Shown here in pieces: positions 61,475 through 64,000 of a stretch of 64,000 bases of DNA (positions are counted from its first letter, which is position 1; each line of letters begins with the position of its first letter). The notes below the pieces were generated by a model. It was not told where the DNA came from. It ran no database searches and saw nothing but the letters and a program-made list of their open reading frames with translations. Source of the stretch: Tubiluchus corallicola. Its lineage: Eukaryota; Animalia; Priapulida. The stretch spans positions 186,001 to 250,000 of the forward strand of contig JAQGDQ010000226.1 in assembly GCA_030141605.1 (NCBI GenBank). The letters run 5' to 3'. A program made the position numbers and the translations under genes.

Positions 61475-64000
61475 AACTTAATGCGAAAAACTTTCACGTG
61501 AATTGCTTTCAGTTAATTATAGCTGTGTTAATAGCATGAAACTGAGAAACTGCACAAGTGAGCAAAATTCTTCAAGTAGAGCACACAATTGACCAAGTTT
61601 TTTGAAGCCAACATCCAAGTAATGTTCCAATGATGTGCTACAAAATTGAGCAACATTTTATGTGTAATAGATAATCAGATTAATGAGCTTGATATAATGA
61701 AGCAGCCAAATAGTTTACACACACTTAGCAACATATTTAAGTTGAGCACACAATGTCCAATTATAATAGTCTAAGGTTATAGTGTTGAATGCTTGTTTAC
61801 TAAAACATTATTCCGGCTCAGCATATCAACAGACCTAATCTTCCATGTTGCACAGTAGTTGAGTTACATCGTCCTGCATGTGCACTTAGCATTGATAAAG
61901 AGAAGGTTTGTTATCATAGCTATTATGCTTTTTAATGTATATAACATTATGCTGTATCAATGCTGCATGAGAATGATGATTTTATCGTTTATATATGTTG
62001 TGTTTGTTTCTAGCAACCTTGCAGATGCTACCATGCATAGCCATTTTCAGATTTGCTATAGTTAGCATTGTAGTGACAAGTAACATAAACAGTCGCAGTT
62101 GGTAACTTGTTCTGTTTTTGTAGCAATATAAATTACAACACCATATTTAATAATAGTAAAAACTGACAGATTGATCAATGCATAGCAGATGGAAAAAATT
62201 AAATTTTATCAACTGTGTGGTAATGTCAAAATGCAGATGGTAAATTTCACAATTTGTGTATATAATGGTAATTGTGAGCTTTTGCACAATCTACATTGAA
62301 ATAATAATGGTTTTTGTATCTATACTATATACTGTGTGCACTATTGTATCTGCTCTTGTTGTATAGATAGTGGTATAATATATTGATAGTGAGCATGTTA
62401 TTACAATTTGTTTTTGTATCGTGTTCAATGAAATGTTTGCAGTAGGTAATGTTTTACCTGCCAATTCTGATCAGAAATGAAAAGAAATGAAATTAAGTTT
62501 TCACAGGTGTGGTAATACGTCCACGTTTCAGGCACCCAAATGTTGAAGTGCCAAAGTACTCTTTCACGTAGCACTTCATTTTTGCATTGGACAATGTTTC
62601 ACACGTGCGCATAGTATTTATAAGAGGCTGTCCCACTAGTTCTGTCTTTGCAGCCATCAAAATTAATGTCATTAAGCACACAATTGAGTGCACATTGTCT
62701 GATTATACAGTAAACCATTATTGGTAACAGTTGTATTTCATCTTTCTTCCAAATGAAATTTAACTGTGTCCGGATCCACCAGTTAGGCGTACACATGCAG
62801 AGTGCTTTGATGTGAGGTATAAAATGCAAGATACATGTGTGTCATAAACACTAGAATACAAATAAAGCCAGTTTAACTATAAAGGCTGCTCTTCCCACAT
62901 ATATGATTAAGATAATTTTGGGGTTGTACAGACTGTACCAAAAAACACGTACAGTTCATTAATTTACAAAAAACAGTCGCACTAATTGAATAGAATGATA
63001 GATTTTTGGCAAATGTTTGGGACGCACGTAGGCGATTTTGACGAGTTTAGCACCTGGGATGAGCAACTGACCTCATTGTTTTACTTGTGATCTGCAACAA
63101 ATTTCACTGGCACCCATCTGCAACTTCACAAAATATTCAGAAAGTGTTCAGACCTGTAGAAGTTTTGATGTTTTGGTAATGAGTGTTATGATGGGTGCAT
63201 TTCGCCTTTTCATTTATCAAGAAAAACCACAAGAAATAAATTACCTGTATTTCTAAAATGTGACTTAATAAATTTATGTTATTTTTCAGTTTTTATGCTG
63301 TTTATGTGTTTATACAAAAGCATTTGCATAGCTCATTTGATTATGTTCCACCTGCTGTTTGTTGATGTGTGTTTATACAGGTGTGGCAATAATATATATA
63401 TATATATATTATATTATATATATTATATTATATATATATTATATCCGCATCATTGAAAACACTCATGACACACACCATAGAAAACAAAGGGAATTATCCT
63501 GGATCAGCACCTTTTAAATGGATCACCATTTTGGGCTCAACAGAGAATCCACACTCCATAGACTGAAATTCAAATACTAATGTATTTTTACCAATTTTGT
63601 CTAAATTATTTTCTGTCTATCACAACTCTATTACTTCATCCCACTACTGTACTATTTAGTCTGTATCCACACAATACAACGGATAATTTGAAGTCTGTGT
63701 CTAGTCATGCATTCACAGGTTCTTACAAATGGGCCTGTCACTTTATTTCCCTCTGTCATCTCTTTTGTTCCGATGAAGATGCCATGTATCGAAAGCTAAA
63801 CATCTAAATTAAATTACTGTGGAAATATAACTGCTGTGTTTGTGTTTTTCTCTAGTGTTTTTGTTACTATATTGTGGACTCTCATCTGGACACTGGGAAA
63901 CTAGGTTGAGCTATATTCTTCTAATAGAGTACACAGTTGACCAAGTTTCATGAAATGAGCATCTAAGTAACGTTCCAAAAGTGTGCTACAAAACTGAGCA

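Overview
AT-rich animal (invertebrate-like) genomic DNA with GT-AG introns; nothing prokaryotic, and the organism cannot be named from this window. In order: (1) the last five exons of a Src-related non-receptor tyrosine kinase (+, 1-4445); (2) a decayed LINE, a probable Penelope remnant with a minimal hammerhead ribozyme, and a 59-bp satellite; (3) a minus-strand single-pass membrane protein gene (about 15957 to 9122) with EGF-cbEGF-EGF-WAP-thyroglobulin-1-antistasin-Cys-rich-TM modules and a long tail of 9-aa repeats, whose last splice acceptor is tandemly quadruplicated; (4) a gamma-glutamyltranspeptidase gene (+, 11 coding exons, 19433-37982) whose final exon(s) are not found in the window; (5) a 5S-rRNA-derived SINE; (6) a tandem array of about 22 kb with 12 intronless class-A GPCR copies (6 intact, 6 broken or chimeric). 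The receptors lack Cys3.25 and nearly all of ECL2, carry combinatorial acidic residues at 3.32 and 5.42/5.43, are mosaics of each other, and mostly sit downstream of a variable-copy 73/75-bp repeat. All exon models, alignments and residue numbering were done by eye; no database searches were run.
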